Assembly: GCA_951406725.2 (NCBI GenBank)
Contig: OX597818.1
Location: 106,516,001 to 106,580,000, forward strand
From: Octopus vulgaris
Taxonomy: Eukaryota
Length of the DNA: 64,000 nucleotides
Direction of reading: 5' to 3'
In this document: positions 23,226 to 37,321 of the stretch, one piece after another
Numbering within the stretch: position 1 is the stretch's first letter
Layout: the number at the start of each line of letters is the position of its first letter
Program-made: the position numbers and the translations under genes
The notes under the pieces: generated by a model
What the model saw: the letters and a program-made list of their open reading frames with translations, nothing else
What the model was told of the DNA's origin: nothing
Database searches by the model: none

Positions 23226-23452
23226 AATAAGAACCAGCATGAGAAGATTGGGTTGATGATGATACTGACGGAAAAATCTCAAATGGCTCCACTTTTGCAA
23301 CTGACTGGAGTCATTATAGCGAAAAGGTTTAATGAATTTAGAATTTATTTCTGTATCCTGGTATATAAAATGGTGCTGTCATTTTGGACTTATCAATCAA
23401 TGTTTTGGACTTATCAATCACTACATTCACATGTGTACATCTGTCTGCTTGT

Positions 23453-23454
<2 letters not shown>

Positions 23455-23539
<85 letters not shown>

Positions 23540-23560
23540 GTATATCTATCTACACACACA
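23455..23560. repeat. (CT)n(AT)n compound microsatellite
   Basis: Direct reading. Confidence 0.95.
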
Positions 23561-26500
23561 CGGATATAAAGCCTGCTTTGTATATTTGTGATGGCTGATA
23601 CGCTGATAAAACATGAAACATGGTACAAGAAATTATTTATTATTAGAAGGATATGGGAAAATTAAGATGCTATTGTGGCTTTTGATTGACTGATGGAGAA
23701 TAATTGAAAAAGAAAAATGGAACAATAAAAGAAGTTAAGTAAAAAGAATGGCTTTGATTAAAGATAAAAAGAAATCAGAAATATTAAAGGTGGAAGGTAA
23801 TATTTATGAAAATATGTAAAAAAAAAAAAAGGCAGTAAGTCAGATTTGGGAAATATGAGGTGGAAGAAGTTACTTTCCACCTGTACTTCTGCTGAGGAGC
23901 AGCAGTGACCAAAAGCAGAGAAACAGTTACCTCACCTAGGAACAGAATTATCAAATGCTAAGTGATAGTGATGATACATGTATACTAATATATACAATCA
24001 CACATTTACCAAAAAGGGACAACAGATACATGATGATAGAATGGGGACATTAAAAAGAATTTCTCATTAGAGTTATTTGTGCTTAAATTTAATGTGACAT
24101 CTAGAAAGTTTACAGTAAAAAGATTGCTGGAAACTGTAATATTTAAGGTAAATCATCAAAAAATATTCAGTTCCATGTCCGCCAATTGACACTTTTAAAA
24201 ATCATATTAATGTGAAACCAATTAAGTGGACGAATATTAAGATCAATAAATCTTTTGATAGACTCTCTGCATTTTCAATTTCCTTTCGTTCCTTTACAAC
24301 TGATTTGTGGCTGTTTTTGATTTATATATGGTCAATTCAAACAAACAAACAATTCAAATAAATGAAAACAACAAAAAAAAGAAACAAACGTGAGGATGTA
24401 CGCAAGAAATGTATTATCTTGATGATTAGTGAAAGGGGAGAGTTCGAGGTCTTTGTTGGGAAGGAGAAAGGGAAAAGTCCAAAGAAGGAAAAAGAAATCC
24501 CAGCACACATGTAGTTACATTGCTGAAGTGACCAGAAGTAAAAAGAGATTTGAGAAAGTGGTTTTCTAGGAGAGGAGAGTGCGAAGATGGTCATTATGTG
24601 TGTGGTAGTAACTGTATGCATGTGTGTGTGTACGAGTTGTCTGTGTATGTGTAGTAGGATCTGTGTGCATGCGTGTATGTGTTAGTGTGAGTAGTATGCG
24701 TGTGGTAGTATTGGTGCGGGTGTTTGTGTCAATCCAGGAGCAGGGTAGTAGCAGGTCATTGGCAACAGCCAAAAGAAGTGGAAAGTGTGTGAGTGGGTGG
24801 GTGTAGCTGTGTGTGTGTGTGTGTGTGATTCTTTCTTTCTATATATATGTGTGTGTATATATATATATGTAGGCAATTTGAAAATTGAAAATAGCGAAAC
24901 AACAAAAGCCAAAAGTATTAACCCATGGAATGCATTATATATATCAGAGGCAAAGGGTCTAAATAAGGGTACAAGTGGGAGGCAAGTGGAAGTTGGCCAT
25001 AATGGAAGAAATATATATAAACAATAGTTGTATCAGAAAAATTTTAAGTCAAAGATATGCGCTATATATGAGTGAAAAAAATGAACAAAATTAGATAGAC
25101 TACGTCAAAAAAAAAAAGAAAGAAATCGCAAGTGATTTAAATTGAAAATAACAGAAGTAAACCTAAAATGAAAGATCAAAGATTATGGTTGGAGTTAGAA
25201 ATGATGCAAGCATTGAGTAACCAGCTTATGTGAAACTGGTCCAACTGAGGTATAGATTACAACTTTTAATGCAAAAATTGTATCTAACAATAACTGCACA
25301 GTTGTAGCTAAAACTGCATTAAACTGACATTTACTCACAATTAAAACATAGGTAAAAATTCTGCCATCATGGCATTTATAAAAAGGATCTGGAAATGCAT
25401 CCGTATCTAAATATTAGTAAAGTCAGGATTTTATAATTATTGTTTTGTAGCAGTCTTTATTTGCCAAAACTATCTTTTTAATACAGCAGATTATTGTAAC
25501 AATACTATACAATCATTAACAGATGCCGAGAAACAGAATGGTTGCTGAGTCTATATTTATATGAGTACTGTGCTTTTTGTTAACTACATCGGTATGTAGC
25601 ATTATGATAATTATATCAATAGAATCTATATTGCCTTTAATTTGTTGTTACCTGATCTGTATTACTTTCAGATTTTTGCATTTTTAAAATTGCTTTTGTC
25701 ATGCTAGTCCGAATTTTGAAGCTACAAATATTTTATAAATTGCTCACTGATTTCTCATTTATTACACCATGCTTAAGTCCTGTGTAGAAACATGTACATT
25801 AACCATGACCAGAATAGTATCTATTTTGGAAAAGTTGCAAAATAGAGTAATATGCTATGGGGAACAACATACAATTATAAATGTAGTAGGATCTAAACCC
25901 TTGATTTTGGGGCCAACAATCAAAAACATAAATGCTTCAGCTATCTCATGATTTGAAACTATTAAAATATTTTCAACTTTATATTTTCTTGCACCAGTTC
26001 CAGAGAGAATATTTAACCTTGTTTTGATTACTTCAAATCAGTTTTCTGGAATTGAAAATATCCAGGGAAAACATGTTAAGTCGGAAGTCAAAAATATATT
26101 TTTTTGTAATATTAGAGGCCTAATGCTCTAATACCTTCCATTTGGCTGGAAGCATGCTGCAGTAGTAATACTGTTCTCTTACATAAGAATACACAGATTT
26201 CATAAGAGACAGAGGATTTGTTTTGAAAGAAGGGATTTTCTATAAAAAATGTGAAAAAAAGATTATCAGCCACTGAACAATGTTGCAGCAAGCACAAACA
26301 GCTGAAAGCTACGAGTGTGCCAGAACTATTCACAGAGAAAAATATATATATATGGAAAATAGTTGAACTTTGGGAAAACAAAACTCAAATTAAATAAATG
26401 ACAATAGAAAAAAATAATCTCAACTAAAAGAAAATATACAAGAAAAAGAATAAAAATTAAAATTTTAATTGAATTTAAAAAATAAAATGATGGGAAAAAT

Positions 26501-26936
26501 GTCAGTTTAAAAAAAAAAAAAAAGAAAAACATATAGAATTTTCCAAGAATTTGTAACCATGAAATCTGATTGCTTGACACTTCTATTTCAGTGAGAACTT
26601 TGCAGAGGGACATATATATTGCTCGGGGGAAATTTTCTAGCGTTATATCCCTCATTCCACATTCTGATTGCTGCCACCTTCTATCTAATGAATGCAAGTA
26701 CATTTTTTGAGGAGTGGGGCTATTCCATTCTTTATTTATTAATTATTATTATTATTATCATCATTATTATTATTATTTACACATTAGCCAGAAGTGCCAG
26801 TGTTCAAGCGAGTCAGGTTTCTAACTGCTCTTCACCTCCACTTTTGTGGTGGCTAAAGATGGTTTTTAATTGACTTCTATTGGTAGACAAGGACAGCTGC
26901 AATGGTTTCTCTACGCAGTGGCTTGATATTATATGG

Positions 26937-27012
26937 CTACATGCGGCTGTCAACGCTGTCTGTAAACTTAAATTGGCCTCTGTCACTATTTGAAGTGCCA
27001 TCTGCCTTATTC
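26937..27012 (-). CDS. Candidate terminal exon (phase 2: NKADGTSNSDRGQFKFTDSVDSRM*)
   Basis: Acceptor catttatttctcttag|; phase-compatible with the candidate exon at 37214-37321; non-repetitive and GC-richer than its flanks. Confidence 0.3.
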
Positions 27013-27950
27013 CTAAGAGAAATAAATGATGTGCTGAAATGGTATTTAATGGATAGCCAAGCCTATGGTGAACCTAAGACAATATTAACAACAACAACAA
27101 TCTGTTAATTGGACATAAATTTGAAAATTGAAACAGACTTGTGAGTTCAATTCACTGAGCAATTTATGTGACATCAGTAGGATACTAACAACAACAACAA
27201 CAGCACCAAGAAAAATACCAATGATAAAACTTATGAAAAATTCTTTTTCTTTTCTTTTTAATGATATAATTTGTTTTAGTAATAGTATTTTGACTGAAAA
27301 TAAAACCATTAAAATTTTCATAATTATACTACAGACAGGACATAATACTTTATTGACTTCATCAAAGACAACCACTGGTCCATGTTTTATAGCTCCCAAA
27401 AGGAAGACAATATAAATTGATTCCTATAGGGATCAAATTAAAAATATATCCAGAACTGTTCCCTATCATCTACCTCAATTTGGTTCTTCTGAAATTTAAA
27501 AAATAAAAGGAAAAATAACTGTTGTCTATAATGAAATATTTCTCAAGATGAATAATCTTCCTAAAGAAAAGTGGTTTGTAATCCGATTAGTGTCAACAGT
27601 TAAAATAATATCATTGTTCATTTTTGGGACCTTTTAACAGAGCTTCCTTGATATTGTGAGAAAAATAATAAAAATGTCCACAATTTAAATGGCTCATATC
27701 CCATGCATTTAGCAAACCCTACTTTTTTCTGTCAAAGGCTCATATGCTCCAATATTAGACTATTTACCTTAGTCAATGCATGATGATTGCCTATAAGCTT
27801 ATATATATATATATATATATACTATTTACTATATATTTTGTATAATGCCTTTACTGTTATGTAATGGTGTAATAAAGTATTGATTGGGTATCATCTGATG
27901 GTTGATATTTGATTGATTTAAGTATGTTTCTCCATTTTCTAATTTTGTAG

Positions 27951-27984
<34 letters not shown>

Positions 27985-28560
27985 TTTATATATATATACT
28001 ATATAAATATGAGTGTATGGGGTTATGTATGTGTAATTAGCCCCAAAAGGCTCAGAAACAGGGCATCCTCAAGAAATGGGAATTTGATTTTCGAAATATG
28101 CATCCCAAAGAAAAGGTCATCTATAAATAGAAACAAAAAGAAAAAAACAACACAATTTCCTCCAAGAAATAACTCAACATTTAGACTGACAACTCTCCCT
28201 TTCTCTATCAATCACCAACAATTTACCGTACTATTTGAAACCCATACTCTTTGTATATGTATTAACTCTCATGCCTTGCTTTTATTTTCTTTAAAATCTG
28301 TTCTAATGTTTACATTCATTATATGACAGCTGTTACACACAAATCCTGTTTTCTGATTGAATAAAAAGGGTTAAACTTTAAACCTCTGTAACATATTTCT
28401 AAAATTTTTCTTGTACAAATGAATTTCAAACTCAGATTCAGTATGCAAAAGTACATTAATACACCAAACTTGAAAATTTTTACTTAATTTTAAAATTTCA
28501 AAATCTGTGACAGTGACAAATTAGATTGTCTATCTCATCCATTTTCTCTTAGTAAACTTT

Positions 28561-28734
28561 CTCACTCCCTATAAAAGTATATTACTCATGCTGAGTGTGG
28601 ATGTGTTTGTCAGTGTGTGTGTGCATGTGTATGCATGTGTGTAAGGAATTTCATTAGGGTGACAGAGTGGTTTGAAAAAATGTGTAAAAGATAATTCATT
28701 TCCTTTTAGCGTACTTTTCTGTGAGTAAATATGC

Positions 28735-28771
<37 letters not shown>

Positions 28772-29045
28772 GCACTTGTTTGATGTGGTATGGGGTTAAA
28801 GATCTAAGTAATATTTTTTGTTGTCATTGTTTTCACTCTCAATAAAAGTATATCACTCCTGCTGAGTATGTGTGTGTGTTTTTATACATGTCATTTAAAA
28901 AAAAGGTAGAAATAATTTATTTTAGTAACATACTTTTCTGTTAGTAAATAAGTTTTTTTCCTATACACACCCACATGTGCTCATGCACATGGACTGGCTT
29001 GATGTGGGATTCAAGATTTAAATATCAAATTTTTGTTGTTGTTGC
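28561..29045. repeat. Old diverged tandem duplication (two units, ~270 and ~215 bp)
   Basis: Collinear blocks tcactc.c.ataaaagtatat.actc.tgctgagt, tacttttctgt.agtaaata and tg..ttgatgtgg...tttttgttgt occur at 28561-28830 and 28832-29045. Confidence 0.7.
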
Positions 29046-29209
29046 TGCTTAAACCCCAGTAATTAACCACTTCATTATCCTTCTATAAAATGTGTTTATT
29101 ATGGGAAGATAAATATTGGAAAATATCAATATATGTTAGAGTGATAAAGAAATGAGGAAAGTACCAGGTGGTCGTGGGATGTGCTAGAAACAACACTAAA
29201 TGATTACGA

Positions 29210-29244
<35 letters not shown>

Positions 29245-29247
<3 letters not shown>

Positions 29248-29420
29248 TCATCATCATTTACCATCTTCCTTCCATGCTGGAATGAGCTGGATGGTTTAAC
29301 AGATGCTGGCAAGTTCTACTGTCTGCTTTAGCATGAATTCTAAACCTGGATGCTCTTCCTAAATCCAACCACTTTACGGAGTGTATTGGCTGCTTTTTAC
29401 ATGACACCAGTACCGGTGAA
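29245..29420 (-). mobile_element. RTE 3'-tail insertion
   Basis: (cat)n ttaccatcttccttccatgctgg...ctggatgctcttcctaaatccaaccactttac; a second tail stub at 29652-29698. Confidence 0.7.
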
Positions 29421-29826
29421 GTGACTCAGTCTCTTACAAGTTAAGATCTGCCCATCAAGGAGCGAGTAATATAGAAGTAGATGGCTTTGTGCCAGGTGAT
29501 GAGATGATAGACAGTGAACAGAGGCACAGAAATCGGTATCTTGTTGTAGAGGAGATTCATGGCTATCTTAGTTGGTGAGAGAGGAGTGAGAAAGAGTATA
29601 GAGAGAAGGAGAGAGTGGAGTGAGAGAGCAGATGTGTTTACATATATATATCATCATCACCAGCATCATTTAATATCTGCCTTCCATGCTAGCATGGGTA
29701 TATAATCATAGAAAAGAATATTGAAATTTTTGCAAGTACATAAATTTCGAAAGAGAGAAAATTTAAAAGTGGGAAATGGAAAGTAAAATTGTGATCCTGG
29801 AAGCTTAAGCAGTTAACGAAGAAATA

Positions 29827-30302
29827 TCAAGTCATTAAGAATGAAATGTCCGATTTTCTTATGCTCCAAGTTTAACAGTTGTTAACTCTAACATTTTATC
29901 CTGACAATTCTTTGTTTTACAACATTGAAGAGTTACATCATTGCTTTTCGAAATGCAAATCATGGTGTCTGATTACATTGTGAGTTTTCTCTTGTAAATC
30001 CGTTTTTGTGAACCCACGGAGAGATCAAAAATCCATGTTGTTTATGAATATGAGTTCTGTCATGGAACCAAAGCAAGGAAAAAACTTCAAATCTGAAGAA
30101 CATGCAAAAACTACTTCTTGTGATTTCATCCCCTCTTGCTCTCCAGAATTCTTCACTACCAGCATTAATAAGCTACCGACAAAATGGCAAAATTGTGTTG
30201 ATAATTTAGGTGCATACTTTGATTAACTGCATTGCTTTTTGTTGAAATAAAGTAAAATAAACTTTCAGTTCAAAATTGGACATTTCATTCTTAATGACCT
30301 GA
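29827..30302 (+). mobile_element. Internally deleted mariner (non-autonomous) with both TIRs
   Basis: TA|tcaagtcattaagaatgaaatgtccgatttt ... aaaattggacatttcattcttaatgacctga|TA. Inside, the transposase N-terminus (IHVVYEYEFCHGTKA) joins the C-terminus (FKSEEHAK..DFI.S.SPEFF..SINKLPTKWQNCVDNLGAYFD). Confidence 0.9.
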
Positions 30303-32774
30303 TAAACAAATTAAGAACTCCAGAGAATATAGCTTCTTTTGAGTAAAGTCAAGCATAGAAATGACTCAGAATAAAATAGTAAAAGAAAATACCCATATGA
30401 ATATTTTTACATTCTTATCATGTAAATTTAGGTTACACAATTTCAATACATTTTGCACTGTATTATTATTATTATTATTATAACACTTCTTCATTTATTG
30501 AAATTACAGCTACACTTATTCAAAATGGTAGCCTATGAATAAGGCAGGTGTAAGCAACAGCCATTTGGTGAAATCACTTCATAGGGTTCATATCATAATA
30601 ATCAACTGGAATAAACTTTCATTATTGCCCTACAGGATGCAATTAAAAGAATTCTTGAACAATTTTCAGTGATACAAAACGATATGTAATCTAGATGCAG
30701 CGTGAAGATTTTAAAATATAATTTAAGGCTTTAAAAAATTTAAACTAATTTTTGAACAACTTGTTAAAAGATGTTATCCATAATGTAATCTTATACAGTT
30801 AGGATTTATAAAACAAGGCTACTAATAGTTTATAATATTTTTTCTAAATGTTTCCTTTAAAAGTATTTAATTAGGGTTATACCATCCAACCCATGCCAGC
30901 ATGGAAAACGGACGTTAAACGATGGTGGTGGTGATGATGATGATGATGATGAATTAATGATTTAATGTACCTTTACTCGCCTACACAGCAATAAATATAA
31001 ATTTGGGAATTATATTTGAAATGCAAACCTTGTTAGTGTCAGCAACGTCATCAATGAACAATGCAATTAGCTGGAGAACTAAATTATTATCACATTAATC
31101 TTGACCAGATTCTATTTCAGAACAAAATTTTAAAAAAAGACACCCCAATAATTGAAGCATTGAGACAAGAAAGCATCAAAGTAGCAGAGATTTGAACTTC
31201 AATTCACAGAATGTTATTGATGATAGTTTGGCAGGAACCCAATCTAAATGTTGGATTGTCATCTGTCATAAAAACCAGAAATATTTCAGGTTTAGATATT
31301 TTATAAGATTTAAGAAAATTATTGGTTTCTTACAAAAGCACAATACCATAGCAATATTGTAGAAATGGTAGAGAGTCAAGTCTCTGTCTTTTTTTTTCAT
31401 CTGTTAGTCATAAAAATATCAAAGCCAGCATTTGTGGAATTTGAACTCAAGCATACAAGAACGAAACTAGATATTATAAATCATGTAATTTACTGTTTAC
31501 TTTCCTACTATTACTGGTAATTATTAAATTAGTTGAAAATTACTATTTCTAATTTATCAAAGTGTAATAGATTACATTCATTGTAAATGGTAAGCATTAA
31601 TTTCTGAAGTGCTAACTCCATGTCTGAATGAGTGAAGTAAAATATTTAGAAGAATGTCAGAATGAAGAAATTAGGGATTAACAAGTGAAATCAGATCTTG
31701 AAAGAAAAGTAAATGAAATTAATAACATGTTCTCTGAATCTTTAACTTCTGTACCTTGCAAACAAGCCTATGTCAGCATTTTAGAATTTTAACACGAGAG
31801 AGAAGGATATACATGATGAGACAGTAAATTTACATATTGTGTTATTACAATAGAATACAACTCACTAATCAACATTAAACAACTATTCATTTCTTTTACA
31901 AATTAAAATCTATATATATTACTAATTGAGTTTGCTCATTTTTTTTTTCAGTATTTCTGATACATTGTCTGTAGACAGATTATTAAATAGCAAGAGGAAA
32001 GTGTTCACTAAAATTCACTAAAAACACTTTGAATTCAATTGGAAGTTGAAAAAAAAAGTAGTTTGAAGCAAAAAGTTGTAACAATAGTAAAGTCTGCTGG
32101 AGATATTTTTCATGAAAAAATATTGTCAATGCATAGAAATATGTATAAATAAAAGTAACTGATATTTTTCTCTAATTTAAAATCTATATATTGATTTATT
32201 TATACTTAAATGACAGCCTACTTCTTTCTAAACTCACATTTCTAACTGTATATTCTGTTTTCTTTTTCTGTTTTAATATTCATACATTTATGAGTCTTCA
32301 TTTTCTCATTACACTTCACTTTCCAATGACTGTCTGATGGGAGTGTTATCATACCTTATAGTTTAGCACACTCTCATTACATAATATATACCTCTGCTGG
32401 ATAGTCTTGCAACCGTAGACCAGCAGAATTGTACAAATAATTAGACACTGCTGCAATGTCTATTTTGATGTAGACCAACAAGCTGACACCAATGTGGAGA
32501 ATAAAATAATGCTTCACACTATTTATCATCATTTGCATAGAAAATCCCAGTAGTTAATGTGGAAACAATAAAGGCTGAACACTTCAAATAAACTCAGCAT
32601 TAGTCACTGTGCATTCATTAAGTTCATTAGTCTATAAATGATTGTCTCTAAACAACGCATATTCTTTAACTTCTGAGATTATTAGCTATTTTTAAGAAAA
32701 GTGTGAGCTTGCAAGATTGATTGTAAAGAAAGGTAAACAACATTTCAAGAATTCTTTTACAGAAAACTTCAGAC

Positions 32775-34130
32775 TAAAATGAGTAGCGATATGTGAGAGG
32801 AATTATTAAAAATTAAAATTGGTGTACAGGTAGGTATCCACCAAGCATCAGTCTTTAGACCCTTCCTATTCATCATCATCCACCGCAGGCCATAACAGGA
32901 ATCTAAGGCTGAAAGTTCACGGGGACTTCTATATGATGATCTTGCCTTCATAGTAGAATCTGTTATAGAATTAGAAAAGAAATTCCAGGTGTGAAAACAG
33001 AACCTGGAATCAAAGAGTCTTAAAGTAAACTTAGCAGAGACCAAGGTCGTAGCAAGCAAGAACTCAGACAGGATCCTTCTAATAAATGGCCCTGCTTGAT
33101 ATATAGGAAGGGTGCAGGCAGAAATTCCATTCAGTGTACCCAGTGCAAGCTATGGACACATAAGAGGTGTGGTGGAATAGTTGGAAGGTTAACAGAGAAA
33201 GTAGTGTTTGTATGTGGAAGATGCAGAGGAGCCATAAAGATCACAGATACATGGGAGTCTGATATCCTCAAATGTCCTGGTGGCTCTCTGAAAGTTGTAG
33301 ATAATATCTGTGCTACCTTGGTGGCTTAATTAGCAGTGGAGGAGGTTGTACAGAAAGTATAATTGCTAGAATAAGAATAGGATGGACAAAAAATCAGAGA
33401 GCTTTAACCTTTGTTGGCAAATAATGGTCACTCTCTGAGTGGGAGGAAGATTGTATGAGGCATGTGTATGAACTGTGATGCTGCATGGTAGTGAGATGTG
33501 AACCATGAATGTGGAGGACACGTGAAGGCTGGAGAAGAATGAAGCTGGTAATCTTTGTTGGATGTGTGATGTCAGTGTGCTTGTGTGACAGAGTATTGGT
33601 GTATTGAGTGAGAAGTCGAGAGAGAAGTTGACAGAAGAGGAATTAAATACTGTGTGCAAGAGAGGAGACTGTTTGGTCTGGTCATGTGATGTGGATGGAT
33701 GAGGATAGTTGCATTAAAAAGTGCTGATCACTGAAGTGGAGGGAAGTTGTGGAAGAGGGAGAGCCAGGAAGAGATGAGACAAAGTATTGAAGGTCAATCT
33801 CAAAGCACTGAGCCTTATGAAGGAGATGACAGAAACCGAACGTATATGGCACACTGCTGTACTCAAGAAGACTCACCCATAAACAGAATCGAGATCCTAA
33901 AACCCAAGGTGCCACATAAAAAGCAAGGGTGTGGGTGCTGGTGCCATATAAAAGGCACTCATTACATGCTGTAAAGTGGTTGGCTGTAAGAAGGGCATCT
34001 AGCCATAGAAACCAAGCTAACACAGGCTATGGAACCTGGTGTGACTCCTTATATTGCTAATTCCTCTCAAGCCATCCAACTCATGCCAGCATGGAAAACA
34101 GATGCTAAATGTTGTTGTTAATGATGAGGA
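32775..34130 (+). mobile_element. Decayed 5'-truncated RTE LINE (second copy)
   Basis: GIHQASVFRPFLF, LLYDDLAF, SLKVNLAETKV, GRNSIQCTQCKLWTHKRC..VFVCGRC, LKVVDN, ERRL.WSGHV..MDED; many stops and frameshifts; RTE tail at 33960-34130. Confidence 0.9.
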
Positions 34131-36272
34131 TAAACAAATTTTCATGCACTCTCTCACAAAGACTCAATCAATGCAGAGCTCTCTCAGTTAGAGTAAATGA
34201 TAATCGTTTTTTTACTATAATGGAGTTTAATATGAATATTTCTGTGTAGGTATACAAAACTCTGCCAGCACTTTCCTCTCATTACCTGTCGCACCTTCTG
34301 TCAGTAATTTGTACATCACAGCATCTCTGACTACCTTTTTGAAGGAGTGAAACAGAAAGTGTAAGAGAGAGAGATTTACTGATACACAAGAGTATCACTA
34401 AATCTCCTTGCTATACTAATGTCTAATATTTTCCCCATATAATGCGATGTCAGTTTTAGTGTTCAAGAAGGGGGCTGTTATGTGGTTGTTCAACCCACTG
34501 GAAATAGTGACCAGCTCTCCTTCAAATCACAACTCCTGATCTTAAATAAAGGATATATCAAACAATGTAGTTCCAGACGATGCTTAACACTGGAGTAGCT
34601 TTCATCATAGGCAGGTTTGAACCAAGTTTGCTTCAAGAAGCCTTCTACATAGTCACTTAACTGGCTGAAAGTAGCAGCCAATTTTTTCTGAAGTCACATC
34701 CCCATAGTTTTAGAAAGAAGGACACATTAAATGATGCAGTTATTGATCTACAAAAATATGATATATTACATTGCCAAGAAGGCAATGTTTCTCCTCATTA
34801 CTAACGATCTCAAACAAAGTAGTTTTGATCAGCTAAAATCAAATGTAGCAAGGAAAAAGATAATGTGTCATTTTAATAAACTGTAAATAAATAACTTTTA
34901 TTGCAGCTTTCTTTTCTTTCTTTCTTTTTTTTTCTTTTTTGTTTATCTGTAAAGAGTCGTTTGTAAAGTTGTCACATGTACACTGGAATATAATAAATAT
35001 TATTGATGTAAAGATGGAATAGCTTTTAAAGGAATTATATTTAGTGAATGACATTAGTGAACCAAGAACATTAAAATAGATTGCTTCCTTGGGAATTACA
35101 AAGTTCTTGTTTTGAAATGTATAATTTCAATAATCAACTTATTTTTAACACTATATCTAAGTGCTGAATATGAGTTGAGATTTGATCTTAAAGTAAGTGC
35201 AACCTGTTGATGTAAAATATATGCAACAAGAATTAAATGGTGTAACAAGAAAATTAAATTATTAAAAAAAAAATTGCAGATCGTGAATTACTGGGAAACA
35301 TTCCATTGAATATTAGGGATTATAAGCTAGATTAATTAAAACTTCCATTACTTATATACCCCTTTGATAACGGAAAAAGAAGGACCTTAATAGGTCACTC
35401 ACCCTGCAAGAAATAACACACAAACTCCCTCATAACCTGATACATTAAACATATGAAGAGGACCGTGAATAATGTAGCCCCAGATATAACATGCCCGAAA
35501 ATTAGATAATCATCACTGGAAAGCCCCTAATCCTAGGCTGAGCCAGGGCTAAAGGATCAAACATTAAGTCCATTGTAATATTTCATAATCTAACTTTCTA
35601 GTTTATATCAACTCTCTTGGAAAGATTGACCCCTTGGTAATACAAGAAGTGTTGCAGGTATCACTTGGCTTTTAATTATATTCACTCTGATGAAGATAAT
35701 TAAGACTCACCTAAATGCTACATTATACAACTAACAAAAAAAAGTAGTCCAGACTCTGATGAGGTTGTATGTAATATAATACACACACACGTGTGTGTGT
35801 GTGTGTTTGTATTGTATTTTGCTTAGAAGTAATGCATGGTACCAGAATTTTTGACTTTAAGTTAAATGTGGCAACCTACTCCAAATGCTTGTTCGAGTAT
35901 CTGTGTAAAAGGATATTTTGGAAATTTATTAACTGAGGAAGGTCTTTCATAATGGAACGTATTTCCTATAATATATTCCAAAGATCTGAAACTAATGCAT
36001 TAAGTGCTTTCAAAATGTCCTGATTTGGTTCATCCTTACAGTTTAATCCTCATCATCATTGTTGTTTAATGCTCGTTTCCTATGCTGGCATTGGTTGGAT
36101 ATTATACTCTCTGAAATGCTCAGTTAGCATGTCCACATGATTTGATGGAGGGAGGGAGATAATGTATGGCACATACATTTGACCACCATAAATAAATCAT
36201 TTGTGCAGGTCGTTTGGCAAAAGCTGAAAGCTCATACATCTTCAAGGGGAGAGTCCATCATAAATACACACA

Positions 36273-36505
36273 CATGAGGGGTTGCTGAAAGGTTCCTGGC
36301 TTTGCAGTAAAAGAAAATACAGTTTTCTTTTGCCCCCCAAATCAGTTAATTATGATTTTATTCAACATTTTCTCCTCTCAGATTCACACACTTATTGCAG
36401 CAGTCCCTCAGTTTTGCTAAGCCCTGTAATAGAACTCACAAGGTTGAACTTCCAACCAGGACTTTCACAATACCCTTAAAGCCAAAACCTTTTCAGTACC
36501 TCTTA
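36273..36505 (-). mobile_element. mariner-derived MITE
   Basis: Imperfect TIRs gaggggttgctgaaaggttcctggcttt / aaagccaaaaccttttcagtacctc. Minus strand keeps CCNKCVNLRGENVE* (like the mariner C-terminus W.KC..L.G.YVE). Confidence 0.7.
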
Positions 36506-37213
36506 CCTATGTATATGTACATACATATATATATACATACATACGTACACACACACACACACACACACATACTTAAATATAAGTATACGTATATATATTT
36601 GTGTATCATCATCATCATCATCATCATCGTCATGAACATCATCAGTTAACGTTCATTTCCCATGCTGGCATTTTAATATTTATTTTCTTTTAAGTTGTAG
36701 GTTGGGCTCATTGGTAACCTGAGTAATAATATTTATAAGCATCCAAGTAATAAGCGATAAATAATTATTCCAGAACACCTACAACCTGAATCATAGGAAT
36801 TGAGATGCTAATGGGAGAATACCATAACTAGCAAAGCCCTTCAAAACAGAGAAGAGAAATTACTTGAACAAAGAAATGAATTAATAAGAATTTTGTTCAA
36901 CATGTGGAAAAATTTTCTTTAAGAATGAAAACCCACCTAAACAATACATCCGGTATCAACAGATTGGAACGGATTATTCATTTCTCTATTTTGATGTGAA
37001 ATTGCTTTGTTTAGGACCTTAGGTAAATAATTTTCAGAAATAATTTTCTTGTTACAATATTTTAAATCCTTGACTGATGGAGACAGCTTCAGCAGTGATT
37101 CTCTTCCGCTGCAGTTGATGTGCAGATTTTTGGTGTAACTAGTTCTTATAAGTTATGCATAAATAATTCAAAATTACAGATTACTCCTTCAAACTTCCCT
37201 GTTCAGTGCTCAC

Positions 37214-37321
37214 CAGCCCCTCAGCTCAACTGGCAATAAAGCCCTTTTCTCTGGCTGATGGTGCTGCAGTGATGGTAGCAGTGATGTGAGCGTTGGTGTT
37301 TGGATAATTGATTGCTTTGCA
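37214..37321 (-). CDS. Candidate internal exon, 108 nt, symmetric phase 2 (AKQSIIQTPTLTSLLPSLQHHQPEKRALLPVELRG)
   Basis: Acceptor tattcatgttttag|, strong donor ctg|gtgagc, length divisible by 3, only one open frame, GC-richer island. Confidence 0.45.
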
